Positions 1 through 12,113 of a DNA stretch of 64,000 bases are shown one piece after another. Origin of the DNA: Antedon mediterranea (taxonomy: Eukaryota; Animalia; Echinodermata); assembly GCF_964355755.1 (NCBI RefSeq), contig NC_092673.1:23495648-23559647 (forward strand), written 5' to 3'. How positions within the stretch are numbered: position 1 is the stretch's first letter; each line of letters begins with the position of its first letter. Made by a program: the position numbers and the translations under genes. The notes below the pieces were generated by a model. That model was given only the letters and a program-made list of their open reading frames with translations. It had not been told where the DNA came from and made no database searches.

Positions 1-334
1 TACTTGTCCAAAAAAGAGGCAAGAGTTATATTTGTGATTTTTAATTTTAAAACATAATTTGATTCAATGTGCACGTTTTTTGATGCGAGTAGTTTAAAAA
101 CCCTATTTCTTTTCAAACACAATCGTTTGATTTTCGCATTGCTGTTCTATTGTTAGTCAACTGAAGCTAATTGTTAATTGAAAGGCTTGTTACATAACCA
201 TTGCACCAAACTCGCATACATGCTTGTAGTGAAATTAGCCTAAATAAGAAACAGCATTAAGACACACACAAATATATATATATATATATATATTTTTTCC
301 CGGAGAAATCTTATGTAGGAGAATTTTACAGTAG

Positions 335-369
335 GCGGAGGTATGCACTCTCGGAGTGGCTTTCTAGTT
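335..369 (+). mobile_element. Probable 3' end of another Helentron-like element
   Basis: GGCGGAGGTATG-CACTC-tcg-GAGTG hairpin followed by TTCTAGTT; matching 5' end not seen. Confidence 0.35.
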
Positions 370-786
370 TTTAGTAATTTAATTGATTTTTTAAATTTCC
401 AGATGACTTTATATTAAGTTTAAAATTTATGTTTAAAAACTTAATGTATGGTTGATTAATCGGAAATTGAAAACAATTTCAGTATAGTGGATCATCCAAT
501 GTGAAACAGTTTCTTATTCAAGTGTATACACCAATCAGTGTTCATTAGCATCTTTGCGCAAATAAAAATAAATCTATTTACACATTTAATCAAGAAAATG
601 TACCACCACATGAATGTGTGGGTGTAGCATTAATTGTATTGTAATTTTTTTTTTTTAATGACCATAATAAATACTCAAAATGTGTTATTCAGACAACAAT
701 GAACTTGCTTTGATGTACAAAAGATGAGTGGGTAACTATTTATAAAAGTGTCAACATATTTGACAGTGATAATAAATTGTACATAC

Positions 787-867
787 TGTTAAAACATCGA
801 GTATACTGAGCAGGCTGTGAACACTGTCACCCGTTGTGACCTGTTTTACTTCAAACTCTTCACCGCT
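787..867 (-). CDS. PNPLA6: PNPLA6/7 exon (SGEEFEVKQVTTGDSVHSLLSILDVLT); the gene continues beyond window position 1
   Basis: GDSVxSLLSILDV motif of the NTE cNMP domain. Splice sites atatag| and |gtatgt, phase 0/0. Confidence 0.95.
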
Positions 868-1099
868 CTATATAATGATAATAATAACATTTTTATTTTA
901 AAACAGAGGCTCGTTCACAACATAATGTGTTCTTCCACAAGGCCGTATGAAATAAATAAAACTACTATATCAAGAGTAAAAACAAATTTAAACAAAAATG
1001 AGATTACTCTATGTTTTTGATTTAACTTATTAATCATATTATATTATACTGAATATGAACATGAGGTAAAATTAGGGGTCAGAAGATTATACTGATACT

Positions 1100-1238
1100 A
1101 GGTTTATCGCAAATAGAGTGCACTGCGCATGATGGGAAGGAAATGAGGGCACACACGTTTACGAGATTTGTTTACATTTTGCCACCATGCATTGTGCAAT
1201 GACGTTCCTCGTAATAACGAGTTATTTGCGATAAACCT
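1100..1238. mobile_element. Small MITE
   Basis: Perfect 16-bp TIR AGGTTTATCGCAAATA / TATTTGCGATAAACCT. Confidence 0.6.
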
Positions 1239-1399
1239 TATGTATTAAAAGTCTGAATTTAGCTTAAAATAAGGGTGTAATTTTCATTGAAATTAATGAT
1301 AGAGAAAGCATATGCATGAATAAAAATGAATTCCAATAGAAATTACATGATGATTAAACTACGTTTAGGGAGCTTTAAATGAATGAAAAAAGAACATAC

Positions 1400-1559
1400 T
1401 GGCTCTGTGATGTATACTTTAAGTCGTCCACTCTGAACTACATAGATACTGTCATCACTCTGTCCCCTCCGGAATAAGGAAGCTCCGGCCGGAATAAACT
1501 TGGATTCAACTGACCGACATAACTCAAGAAATAAAGGTTTTTCAAAATGTCCAAATACT
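1400..1559 (-). CDS. PNPLA6: PNPLA6/7 exon, start of the first cyclic-nucleotide-binding domain (VFGHFEKPLFLELCRSVESKFIPAGASLFRRGQSDDSIYVVQSGRLKVYITEP)
   Basis: GHFEKPLFLELC is near-invariant in the NTE family, followed by the cNMP-domain DDSIYVVQSG motif. Phase 2/0 with GT-AG sites. Confidence 0.96.
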
Positions 1560-1627
1560 CTTTAAAAAAGAATAACAAATAAATACTGTACATGATCTAT
1601 TAGTATTAACACAAAAGAAGCAAATTG

Positions 1628-1820
1628 TTTCAAATTAATTAATTAAATTTCAGTATATCACTGGGCGGTTTCGAATTAATGTTCATTGCCTAATGTGTTT
1701 ATATATATAAATTAAAAGTATTTCTTCGGAGATCCCGCCTATAAAAAATACTGAAAGATGAGGGCGTATCAATTTGATCTCCGGTGCGCATGCGTACAAC
1801 TGAGGACTAGTGCTGTTTCG
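1628..1820 (+). mobile_element. Diverged fragment of the 364-bp element spanning the unit junction, lacking the tRNA part, in a PNPLA6/7 intron
   Basis: Clear alignment to the unit (ttcagtatatcac...ttcggagatcccgcct...ctgaggactagtgctgtt). Confidence 0.85.
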
Positions 1821-2827
1821 CACTTTATTAGTACAATTCTAATGATTTTGATACCCCATGTGTGCAATTAGCAAACATTTTTTATAACAAAAATGAAGAT
1901 TCCGACACAATTTTTGCAGCAATATTGGATCCAAAACAGAGGATAATTGTCTAATTTATAGTAGTTTCAAACCTTTCCAGTACAAATTGGGTTATTTTGA
2001 TACCCCATGTTTATGGATGCTTGCAATAGGAAAAACTACAAAACACATAATCATACAATACCATCTTCAACGTTCAAATAACATAAAACAATAGAATTAG
2101 TATCATTTACAATTATAGTGCAATTTAAATAGGTGGAATAAAGGCATAGATAATATTACTTGTCAAATTTATAAATGAGGTGATTATCTTACAAGGTTAC
2201 TGGTAATTTTTGTACAGTATTACTATTAAATCTGTGAACCAGCTTGGATTTCAGCAGGTATAGAATATCTGTTTCATTTTAGGGAGTACATAAATTAATG
2301 AGAAGTACAGTAGTATCAAGAAACAAAAATGAAATGCCATAAACCATTCTGGGACAGAAAAGTATTTTTTAATATTTTACTTTCCTTATATATTCGGATT
2401 CCCAGAGAGCACCGTCACAGCGTTTTTTATAAAATTGTTTGTTATTTCACGCATTTGTACATAGTGGAGCGGTGGGGGGTGGCGGGTATCAAAATGACCT
2501 GGGAAGGTTTCTTTCATGGTATCTTTTCTAGTTAACTGTAACTTTATGGATGTCAAAATTATTCTACTGCAGTTACTGAAGTAACTATAATAATAATAAA
2601 AACTTTATTTAATCACGGTAACACTTGTTCACCTCAATGGTGTTTTTCGACAAGGCCGTATACATTCTTTAATTGCAGATGTATGATTTTAGTTTGTTTA
2701 AAAGTTTATGAGTGTATAACACCAGAAACAAATAATAACTTCCCGTTAAAAATTAAACAAAATGTAGTTTACTACAGTAACTGCAGTACAATCATTTTGA
2801 AATAGTCCTATTTCTTTTGACACATAC

Positions 2828-2980
2828 CTTACACTTTTTAGCATGTAAAGAACTTCATTAGGTATATGTAGTTCTGGCGGTAGTTGCATCTCCTGCCAGT
2901 CAGCCTCCAGGATAGCAGGAGGAGGTTCTTTAACCTGCAAGACTGGCTGATTCTCACCAGTTTCGTGCAGCTTTAGTATA
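2828..2980 (-). CDS. PNPLA6: PNPLA6/7 exon (ILKLHETGENQPVLQVKEPPPAILEADWQEMQLPPELHIPNEVLYMLKSV)
   Basis: KEPPPAxLEAD and PxEVLYMLKxVR match vertebrate PNPLA6/7 motifs. Splice sites ttctttag| and AG|gtatgt, phase 2/2. Confidence 0.95.
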
Positions 2981-3083
2981 CTAAAGAAAAGAATGGAAGT
3001 AGATGTAGAAAGATCAATGAATGATCTACTGTAGATTACAAAATACAATCTACAAAATATTCGACAAAATGTTTACTTATTAA

Positions 3084-3276
3084 AGGTCTATCTACACTAT
3101 CAAACTTTATGTGACAAAAAAATGTGATGTGCCCATATATTAACATGTCATATCACTACCATATTTGGGCATATCACTACTATATTTGGGCATGTCACTA
3201 CCATATTTGGGCATATCACCACCATATTTGGGCACATCACACTTTTTTTGTCAAGTTTGATAGTGTAGACAGAGCT
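3084..3276. mobile_element. PIF/Harbinger-type MITE, family A
   Basis: TIRs (G/A)TCTACACTATCAAACT...AGTTTGATAGTGTAGAC; internal 21-bp subrepeats atatcactaccatatttgggc. Confidence 0.85.
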
Positions 3277-3629
3277 TCGGGTGTCCCCTGAATAGGGGTT
3301 CGCCATAGTGTTAATAATTCCTCTCGTTTGATATCTCCTCAAAAGGGGTGTCTTAAAGGAGGTGTTATACTGTCCTAGATCTATTTTTCCTCTAGATTGA
3401 AACAAATAATAAGGTAATGTACATTATTATTCTGTTTACCTATACTCAAAATTAATAATCACATTGTAGAGGTTTTTTTTTAAAGATATTTTTTGTTTGT
3501 ACTGACCCATTGTGATAAGGCACCTACTTCTTTTAATTTATCTTCTTGTTATTCAATAAACAGGTAGGTAAAGAATGTAAAGGTCTAAAAAGATAAATGT
3601 AAGTAATAAATCGTAACTTCACAGCTTAC

Positions 3630-3730
3630 CTTTTAAGACCTCTGGCAAGGTTTATAATATCTCTTTTCTTTTTTAGTCTATTACGTGCAGACAGATCACC
3701 ATAATGCACCGGCCCCGAAAAAGACTTCAC
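3630..3730 (-). CDS. PNPLA6: PNPLA6/7 exon (VKSFSGPVHYGDLSARNRLKKKRDIINLARGLK)
   Basis: Splice sites cctgcag| and AAG|gtaagc, phase 0/2, consistent on both sides. Confidence 0.9.
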
Positions 3731-4142
3731 CTGCAGGCAAAACAAAACATTGATAAATAACACCCTTTTCACACTGACACCATTAAAAAAAATATATATT
3801 TTTTTGTAATTAGTGTGTAAAGGGAACTTCTTTGAAATACAGAAGAATTTCTATTAAATTAAAATTGGTTTTCTTATAGTATAAAATATAATACAAAAAT
3901 GATATTAATGAATCTTCAAGAATCAGCAAAGTGTCCGAATAGATGTTGATCATAGTGTTAAGACATTGGTTTCCCCTCATTTTTCATGAGCTACAGTAGC
4001 CTTCACCATTTGATTCAAGATTCATTAAACATATCATTATCATTTATGTATTATATTTTACTAGTATTAGTACCCATCTTCGACAGGTATGAGCCCCGCT
4101 GATTAACATATTTTTCAACAGCGCTGAGGAACCTTGTCAAAA

Positions 4143-4168
4143 CATGGAGGAAATATATTTCCTCCATG
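4143..4168. other. 26-bp perfect palindrome between 7-bp direct repeats (putative P-superfamily excision footprint)
   Basis: gtcaaaa-CATGGAGGAAATATATTTCCTCCATG-gtcaaac. Confidence 0.5.
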
Positions 4169-5082
4169 GTCAAACGTATAGTGCAAAATTATAATATATG
4201 CAGGAGTTGAAGTCTCATTTTCTAAATCCATTGATACCAAAAGAATTGAAATTAAGTTTAACATTACATACGTCTAGTAGGCTAAATGCTTATTATAAGT
4301 ATGCAATGTATGCGGTCAGTACAATTCATTGTACAAAATAAATACAGAACATTTTACACTATATATGTATATATACGTTTTATACTGTATATATAAAACG
4401 CATTTCATCATTTCTGTTTAATAACAATTGTAAACACTGCACTATTTTTAATGTAAATGATTATGTGATGTGATGAATTCAACTTACAAATTCATTATTT
4501 GTATACCGTTGCATGACATTTGACATTAATGCAAAATCATTTAATTAGTGCATATTATATTATCATTTAAAAGTCTCAAGAAAAATCGTTCGTCAAGGAA
4601 ATTTCTGACACAACTTGGAATAATCTTGCCTGTTTGTTGCAATTAATAAATAAACTGCTCCATTAGCAGCTGTAATGAAAAAGTTGCATTTAAACTGTGT
4701 CAAAGTATGCAAAAACATGCAGGCTATTAACAATACTACACCTGTCAATCTATGTGACTCATTTTACATAAGAAAAATGCAGTAAAATGGGTCATAAGAT
4801 CTAGGTACCATTATTATTAGAAATACACACTAAAATTAAGTCTTGTATTTTTTACTAGAGCTTATAGATTAATATGTGGACAATTTTAAAACAGTTAGAA
4901 GGTCATATACTATGACAGCAACGATCAATACACAGACCAAAAGAGGAAACTCAAGATTATTTGTAAGGCTTCATTAGAACATAGACATTTTCACCAAAAG
5001 GGTGTGTTTGTGGTCAAATTTAACTTTCTGATAAAAATATGATGTATAATAATGGATTATCATAATTTAGAAATATATTTAC

Positions 5083-5168
5083 CTTTCGTAGCATTTTTCT
5101 TCCATAAAATAAAACTTTGTCTCTTTTTCTAAACCTTGGTTTAGGTACCGCTGCTGCTGCCTCTTTTT
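5083..5168 (-). CDS. PNPLA6: PNPLA6/7 exon (KEAAAAVPKPRFRKRDKVLFYGRKMLRK)
   Basis: RFRKRDKVLFYGRK is the conserved juxtamembrane motif of NTE/PNPLA6/7/Sws. Splice sites ttttcag| and |gtaaat, phase 1/0. The ORF track reads this region in the wrong frame. Confidence 0.95.
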
Positions 5169-5379
5169 CTGAAAAGGTGTTAAGAAAAAATAATTAATAC
5201 AACAAAAATAAATAATTGACTGTTCTTGTAAAAAAATACTTTCATAAAAATATTTACCCAAGGAAAACATTGTATATTGTAGAACCTCTTTTTAAGGGAA
5301 ACCTCTATTCAGAGAGAACATATTAATTATTATGGGGTGTGTCCCCTTGATAAGCATTCTATTTTACTGAATATATTAC

Positions 5380-5461
5380 CCTTTTGTTTATTTTTCTCCA
5401 TAGTGTTAAGTATATTCATGACGACAGTTACTCCAATGACCACAGTACTAATTATCGCAAT
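5380..5461 (-). CDS. PNPLA6: PNPLA6/7 exon with N-terminal transmembrane anchor (IAIISTVVIGVTVVMNILNTMEKNKQK)
   Basis: Acceptor ttcttgcag|, donor G|gtaata, phase 0/1 matching the next exon. Hydrophobic stretch just before the basic motif, as in NTE proteins. Confidence 0.75.
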
Positions 5462-5511
5462 CTGCAAGAACAACAATTGATATCTATAAAATGAACTGGT
5501 TTAACCCTTAC

Positions 5512-5559
5512 CACATCCATAGCATCTACATTAAAGTTCATCAGTGTTGCTGTCCAGGT
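5512..5559 (-). CDS. PNPLA6: PNPLA6/7 candidate exon 2, 48 nt (TWTATLMNFNVDAMDV)
   Basis: Acceptor attttag| and donor GTG|gtaagg, phase 0/0, open frame. The following intron would be only 50 nt, hence the lower confidence. Confidence 0.5.
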
Positions 5560-5600
5560 CTAAAATCATGTTTAAATTAGGTACTGTACATTAACCTTGT

Positions 5601-5912
5601 CAAATTGTATAACTCACTATACGACTCCCGGAGAGGTGCGTCATTTGTCCGATGTGCGTCATACAGTACCTTATAAATACCATGATGCACCCCTGCGTCA
5701 AAAAAAGTGAATTACCTTTTGGTAACCATGATGCACTGATTTGAAGAACAATTACCATGTTGTTCATGATATGGCGGGTGGTAAAGTGACGGACATTGAC
5801 AAACCTTTTTATATTGATGTGACGTACCATTTTGTTTTTTTGACGCACCCCTGCATCAATATTTGTAAATTACAAACCTCTCCCGGAGGTCATATAGTGT
5901 GCCATATAAATT
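5601..5912. mobile_element. MITE-like element in a PNPLA6/7 intron
   Basis: Imperfect inverted ends of about 37 bp (cactatacgactcccggagaggt versus acctctcccggaggtcatatagtg); internal repeats of tgacgcacccctgc. Confidence 0.55.
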
Positions 5913-7017
5913 GAGTGTATTAACCTAGTAAATAGCTTACTATCCACTATCCACTTACTACTGTGCTAGTTTTTTTCAGTCAAATATCAGTAAAGTTGAC
6001 TCAAATTTCATTATCTTAGGGCTAATAATAATCAATAGTATAAGATATTTTTGATAATTCAGCACAGTTAATTTGATTCGATTTATTTGCATCTCTTTAA
6101 AAAACATACAGGTCTACCTTCTAATTAACACACTTCTCATTTACAACTCTTCTATTTTACCAACGGTCTCTATGTAAAGTATTTTTAACTTTTGTTAAAG
6201 TTAAATTACAATGTTTTGTAGTATAGCAATTAGTAATCACTACTATTAAACAAATTAATTATTTTAATACTTCCAAGTACTGATGATGTACTGTATGTAG
6301 GGTTTTCTTCTAAACTTCTCATTTACAAACTGCTTTCAGACTAGGGAATTGCTACACTAGTTGGCAAAGACGATGGTAGAGGCGTTTCAAACTCAAATGA
6401 TCAGGTCAACTAATTAAGATAATGGATTAGATAATGTATAGTTTGATGTTTGATGTTATACAACAATTAAAAAATAACCATAAGCTTAAAAAGACTAAAT
6501 AGAAATGCAGGATTTATAGCCCATTAAAACATTTTCCAATATGGGGAAAAAAAAGAAATACAATTACAAGTACTGTAACAAACAAATAACAATCAAAATC
6601 AAAACATGTAAATAAATATAAATATTAAAATAAAAATTAGATACTACTAACTAGGCCTAGATATTTCATATGTACATAAATCAGACAGTCAACAAATAAT
6701 AAATAGGTCTATCATATCAATATTATTGGTATGTGACATGCTAGGCCAGCCTGTTGAGTGTTGTCTTAGACTTAGACTGGGCATATCTGTACAGTATACT
6801 CTAGGCCTAGTGAGAGTAAAGGAGTAGGCCTCCTGTCATGTGGTATTGTTTTCCTTTTAGCCTGCATGCGAGGCGTGCGCCCTCCTCCTCTTTCTCTGTC
6901 TGTCTTTCTGCGGACGGGTAGGCCTAGCATTTAACCAGGCCTAGGATATCAATGCATTATTATATTATATACAATTTTAACGTATTGCACTCTAGAAAAA
7001 ATATGTTATAAACATAC

Positions 7018-7113
7018 CGAGATTCCTTTATTTTCAAAGCAAAGGGACAGAACATTTGACAGTGTATTGACAACACTGTCAAATACGAGCCCCAAAATTG
7101 TCCCGTCTGCCAT
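7018..7113 (-). CDS. PNPLA6: Neuropathy target esterase / swiss cheese (PNPLA6/7 family), coding exon 1 (MADGTILGLVFDSVVNTLSNVLSLCFENKGIS)
   Basis: caaaATGGCA start context, 96-nt open frame, phase-0 donor TCG|gtatgt that joins in frame to the downstream exons. This N-terminus is not conserved enough to confirm by homology. Confidence 0.65.
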
Positions 7114-7876
7114 TTTGAATGCACATAGGGCGCCACCAATGGCATCATTTATCATCATCTTTAAAACTTTTTTATAAAAATAAGATCTCTCGGCCCGATG
7201 GTGGTAGTTGATTTAAATGTTAGATTTGAGTTATATTATGTTTAAATATAGGATCAGGTGCCGTTTTTGGCCACCTCGACTTTATATTCTTTTGTGACAG
7301 TGATCTTGTATATAGTTTGTTATAGATTAAATTATCTATATATTGTATAACTTCACACTTAATTTCAATAGTATAGCATAGGACGTTCGGTCTACAAAAA
7401 AATGTTTATAATTAATAATATAATATAACAATTTATATAGCGCACATATCCACTAAAAGTGCTCAAGGACTACTTCTAAACACTTGGATTTATAACTCCA
7501 TGCTTGGATCATTTTATGACGTTCACATTACAATGTAAAAGGGCACACTAGAAACAGAGACTATGCCACGATAATTTAAAAAAATGGCATTCGCATAGTA
7601 TTGCGGATGTGTACAACATTATTACGGTTCGTCGTTTGTTTGTATGTAGCCCTAGTACCAAAATGATCGATTGACAATTGTATGTGCGCCGTCAGAGTCG
7701 AGACATTTTATACAATAGTGTACACGTAAGCCTCACTGTTATACATTCAGCCGTCACCATAAAATTGCTTTAGTGATCGTTCGATAATATGTTGGCGGTC
7801 TTGTTTGCTTGATTTCTCCCGATTCCTCTCAAAGCGAGGCCTAAATTCATTGTTATTTACTTGATGTATGCCTACT

Positions 7877-7994
7877 TTTTTAGTCGCGTGCAAACGCAAC
7901 TCTACATCTCATTATGTCTGTCGTTTGGTTGGTCGGTCGGTAAACACTAACTCAAATTTGAGCACGCGACTGCAGCCATATATATGACCTTGTT
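7877..7994 (+). mobile_element. Helentron/DINE-1-like non-autonomous element, subfamily 1
   Basis: TTTTAGTCGCGTG subterminal inverted repeat, (GGTC)n-like microsatellite, CACGCGACT, 3' hairpin, ends CCTTGTT. Confidence 0.7.
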
Positions 7995-10900
7995 TTATAA
8001 TGTTTATTTATAAAGTTTTAAATAATTTTTTTTTTTGTTGGAAACCGGCGCGCAATATAAGATTTTCTTATTATTGTTATTGCTACTATGAATGAATAAA
8101 TAATATACACGACAAACAAAGTGAAATTTGACATTAATCATTTGATGCGATTTCCGTAATATAAAAACGGTGATTCCGACCACGTTTATACACTTTGCGA
8201 AGAATGAGCGACTAAAAGTTCACTTGAAACCATGATAAATGATATTACGCCTGCTTTATCGTTTACTAAAACGTGATTGATAGAAAAAAGAAATTAAGAC
8301 AGATTGTAATTAAAACAAAACATTCATCAATTTTGTTTACCAAGATGATAAAAAAAAAAGCTAATACGAAACGATTTGTTGTGATTTAAAAAATAGGCTA
8401 GGTCACCGTAGTGAAATATACACTAGGCCTGGCCGGCTAGCCAGATTATCTTATAACGGTTTTGTTTGTCCTCTATCAATGATTTGATATTTATTAGACC
8501 TTTTTATACAGGAGAGGAGAAGGCTATTAACGTGTGTTCTTTAAAAACATTATTCAACTAGAAAATGTGACAGGCAACATGTCTACATTGTTGTGATTTA
8601 CAAAAGAAAACCCTGTTTACCGTATCTTTAGATTAGAGGTCGAACAATGTACAGACCGAATAAGACAGTATATTATGTATAAGAATGAAGGGCTTTTATA
8701 GGGCACAACTTACAGTTTTTATATAATTTCATAAATAGCTATTTATACGTTATAAATCAATTTGTTTTATATAATATTAAATTCAATTGAATTAGGCTAT
8801 ACTGTGCTTATAAGGTTTAGTAAATCCAAATTACTATCATACAGCTTTGAACACTACGATGTTCAGGCACATTAAAAATAACCCGACCTAGTTACCACCA
8901 CTTGTCACAATAAGGACAGGCAATACTATAACAATAACCTAATATAGGCCTACTATAAGTATACATATCATGAACCCTCTAAACTGGCAATAATTGACGT
9001 CACGCGTGACGCTGCAAAACAGTTTTAACATTGGTGTCTTTCTTTCATATTAATTATTTAGATACTATTCTATGTACGGAGAGAATAATTTTAAAGTAAT
9101 TCATCCACGATTATCGCGGGTAGGCCGACATAAATTGGCTATCGGTAACCTACAACAATTCTTGAGATATTATTTCCTATACTGCTTATATTCATCAGGT
9201 GTATTTATCCCAGAATTCCCCATCGGCTTCATATTCTATAAACATGGCAAATTGATGACATTATAGTCGAAAAACAAAAACAAAAAACATACTGCAAAAT
9301 TGGCAAATTTATAACAGAATTTCGCCTCTTCCACCAACGAAAAAAGTTTACCGAAGCAAATTAATATAAAAAAGACACAATTTTACCTTATACATATACC
9401 TATTTAAGTGTAGGCCTACCGACTTGACAATCGCATACACACCAGAAAAGTACAACTTTAGTGCCATTTAATAATCACATTGTTTTGGTATTTTGTTACA
9501 TAATTATTTGAAAGTAAATATTAATGAATTTCGAACGACATGTCATTATTTGTCAGCCTCTAATATCAAATATCCTATGAAAGATATTGTGTGTAATGAA
9601 AACAATACTATGTTCAAAGTGTACGCTATACTAAAAGCCGTTAATGGTTGTGTAACAAACACGGACCGGTCAATTAATATGATCTTACATTTGCAGTAAT
9701 TACCTCATCTAGTATTGGCATTGGCTATTTTAGAATCAAACTACCATAGCCGCGTATAATTATAACATCATTGCGTATCATATCGTAAAGTACTTACCAT
9801 ACAATCTACCGCGTTTCTTACCAAAATAGTTGAGAATTGCGCACAATGGAATAACCAATGACTGTCTTGGATTAAATGACGTCTGCTGAAATTTGTTTAA
9901 CTGCATGTTTAAAGGCAAAGCAATTTGCTGTATTTCAAAACTGAACAAACCCCATTTCTGTTCGCATACTATAGGCTTGACTTTGATATTGTCGTGAAGA
10001 CAAGGTTGAGGGAAGTAGCTGAGAACTATGAAAAAGGGAAAAGTTAGGAACAGTTTCATTCCAGGTCTTAAAAATCACCAAACACAAATTGTCCTCCATT
10101 GTAGATAAACAACACATTTTCCCTGAAAAGCCTAATTTAGTTTACCAATAAGAGAAATAGGCCTACTCTAAGCCATCAAAGTGTTTGAAATAAATAACTT
10201 GAAAATGAGAAAATCTACGACAGTGAAAAAGAAAATCATCTAGTATTATTGTGTCTTCAATATAATTGGTACTGTTGGTATATTTTAATAGATTTAAAAC
10301 GTTTCAATGTTTATGTAATTGGTCAGTTGTTTTTGTGGGGCAAAGCAACGATAGAGAAGGAAGGATGAAGAGGATACCCACATTCATCTTCAATCAAGTG
10401 TGATGAAGAACTGGAAACAAAACATGACAATGAACTATTCCTAAACTAGACCAGCTGTGTTACTCATTCAAATGATGGATAATGTTAACACATCCGGGCA
10501 GACTGTCTGTCAAAATGTAGATGTAAGATGAGCACATCATTGGTCTAAAACTTGTATCAAATTTTTCATTCCAAAGATAATTAAGTTTGTGTATGTATTC
10601 ATATGTCATGCTTCTGTTTCTTTGTTTTTATCTGTAGGAATAAATATACTAACTGTAAACGAGTTGAGTTTTTAAGCATCAGGACATTCAAAACATGTTT
10701 GCCTCTATATTGTCATAGAAATATAGAAACAACTTTGGAAATATTAAATAAAAAGTTATAATTTGTTTTCATTGTATAATTATAATATAGTATCTCAATA
10801 ACATCTCAGTTATCTTCGTGTACCAAGCATTTCCACCGATTCACTTGTCATTATTATATACATCTTACTATCGCAAGTCACTTGCTGAAGAATATGCTGG

Positions 10901-12041
10901 TCATTCTTTGCTACCACTAGCAATATAATTTAATGTGTTAAATCACAACATTTAACATAACTTATTGTGGAATCCATGCTTATTGCATATCAGATAAGCA
11001 TATGCATCACATGTGACGCCAGTATTAACTAAACATCATAAAACAAGCGTCACATGTGATAAGCATGGTACTTACCAAATTTGCCTGGAATTATACTGGA
11101 CATATACAGTAATGCCATAATGATACTGTAGAGAATCTTACCACATTTTCCGTACATGATTTTTAAGGAAACAATGAGAAAAACAGATACAGACTTATTG
11201 ATAATTATAATTAAATTTCCAGTAATAAATAAATTGGATCGGTTCTCAAGTATGGAGCTTTAATATGAATCCAGAGAAGACCCATTAGTAAGACATATTA
11301 TTAAAGATTTAACCTTAATGTAATAAAATCGCTATTTAGATACAATGATCCAGGCTAATAAATATTATTTGTTAAAAGGTTTTTTTAGAAATTCATTCTA
11401 AAAATCAAGGCTGTCCTTTCAGCAAGCTATTTATTTAGATGTTTTGGAGGTTTGTAAAGATAGTAATGAGGCTAAGTGTTAAATTGATTAAAGTTAAAAC
11501 TTAGCAGTGAGACATTATTCGATTCTCAGACATATTTTAACGCAATGTAAAATAAAGTCGATTTTCTCATTGGATGCAATTTATATACAATAAACATGAT
11601 TTTTTAATAGAAATTTCTATTAAAACCTTTTAAAAAAAAAGTCTTATTTACACGCTGCACAGAAAAATAGAATTGAGAATCGGTTTTAGAAAAAGTATAA
11701 CAGTGCATATTACATCTTGGCTAAATCGAGATATAAGGTAAAATATAAAGTCAAAATGCTTTGTTCATAATTTGTCTTAAATCTAAGTTGTTCATTTATT
11801 TCTACACTAATATAGGCCCTATATAATATATAGAATTAATGTTCTTTGCCTCTTGTGTTTATATATATAAAAGTATCTCTTCGGAGATCCCGCCTCGTGA
11901 ATAAAAATACTGTAAGATGAGGGCGTATCAATTTGATCTCTGGTGTGCGTGCGTACAACTGAGGACTAGTGCTGTTCCGCCGTACCACGCCGAGAATGTT
12001 AAAGAGTCGCTATCCAATCGAGTTCGAACAATACCATGAAA

Positions 12042-12113
12042 GCCCCAGTGGTCTAATGGTTAGGACATCTGCATATCAAGCAGGCGGTCCGAGTTCGAGT
12101 CTCGGTTGGGGCG
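12042..12113 (+). tRNA. tRNA-like gene, anticodon ATC (Asp-like, non-canonical), repeat-borne
   Basis: Full cloverleaf GCCCCAG/TTGGGGC, GTCT/GGAC, TCTGC-ATATCAA-GCAGG, CCGAG-TTCGAGT-CTCGG; A and B boxes; TTTTT 2 nt downstream. Probably not used in translation. Confidence 0.6.

Noticed and set aside
3148-3405. ORF with CPNMVVI repeats
   Set aside because: Internal 21-bp subrepeats of the Harbinger MITE.
5079-5270. ORF-track peptide MFSLGKY...
   Set aside because: Overlaps a real PNPLA6/7 exon but in the wrong frame.
7054-7084. Iron-responsive element because of CAGUGU
   Set aside because: CAGUGU lies in the stem rather than the loop, and the 5-bp upper stem with C bulge does not form.
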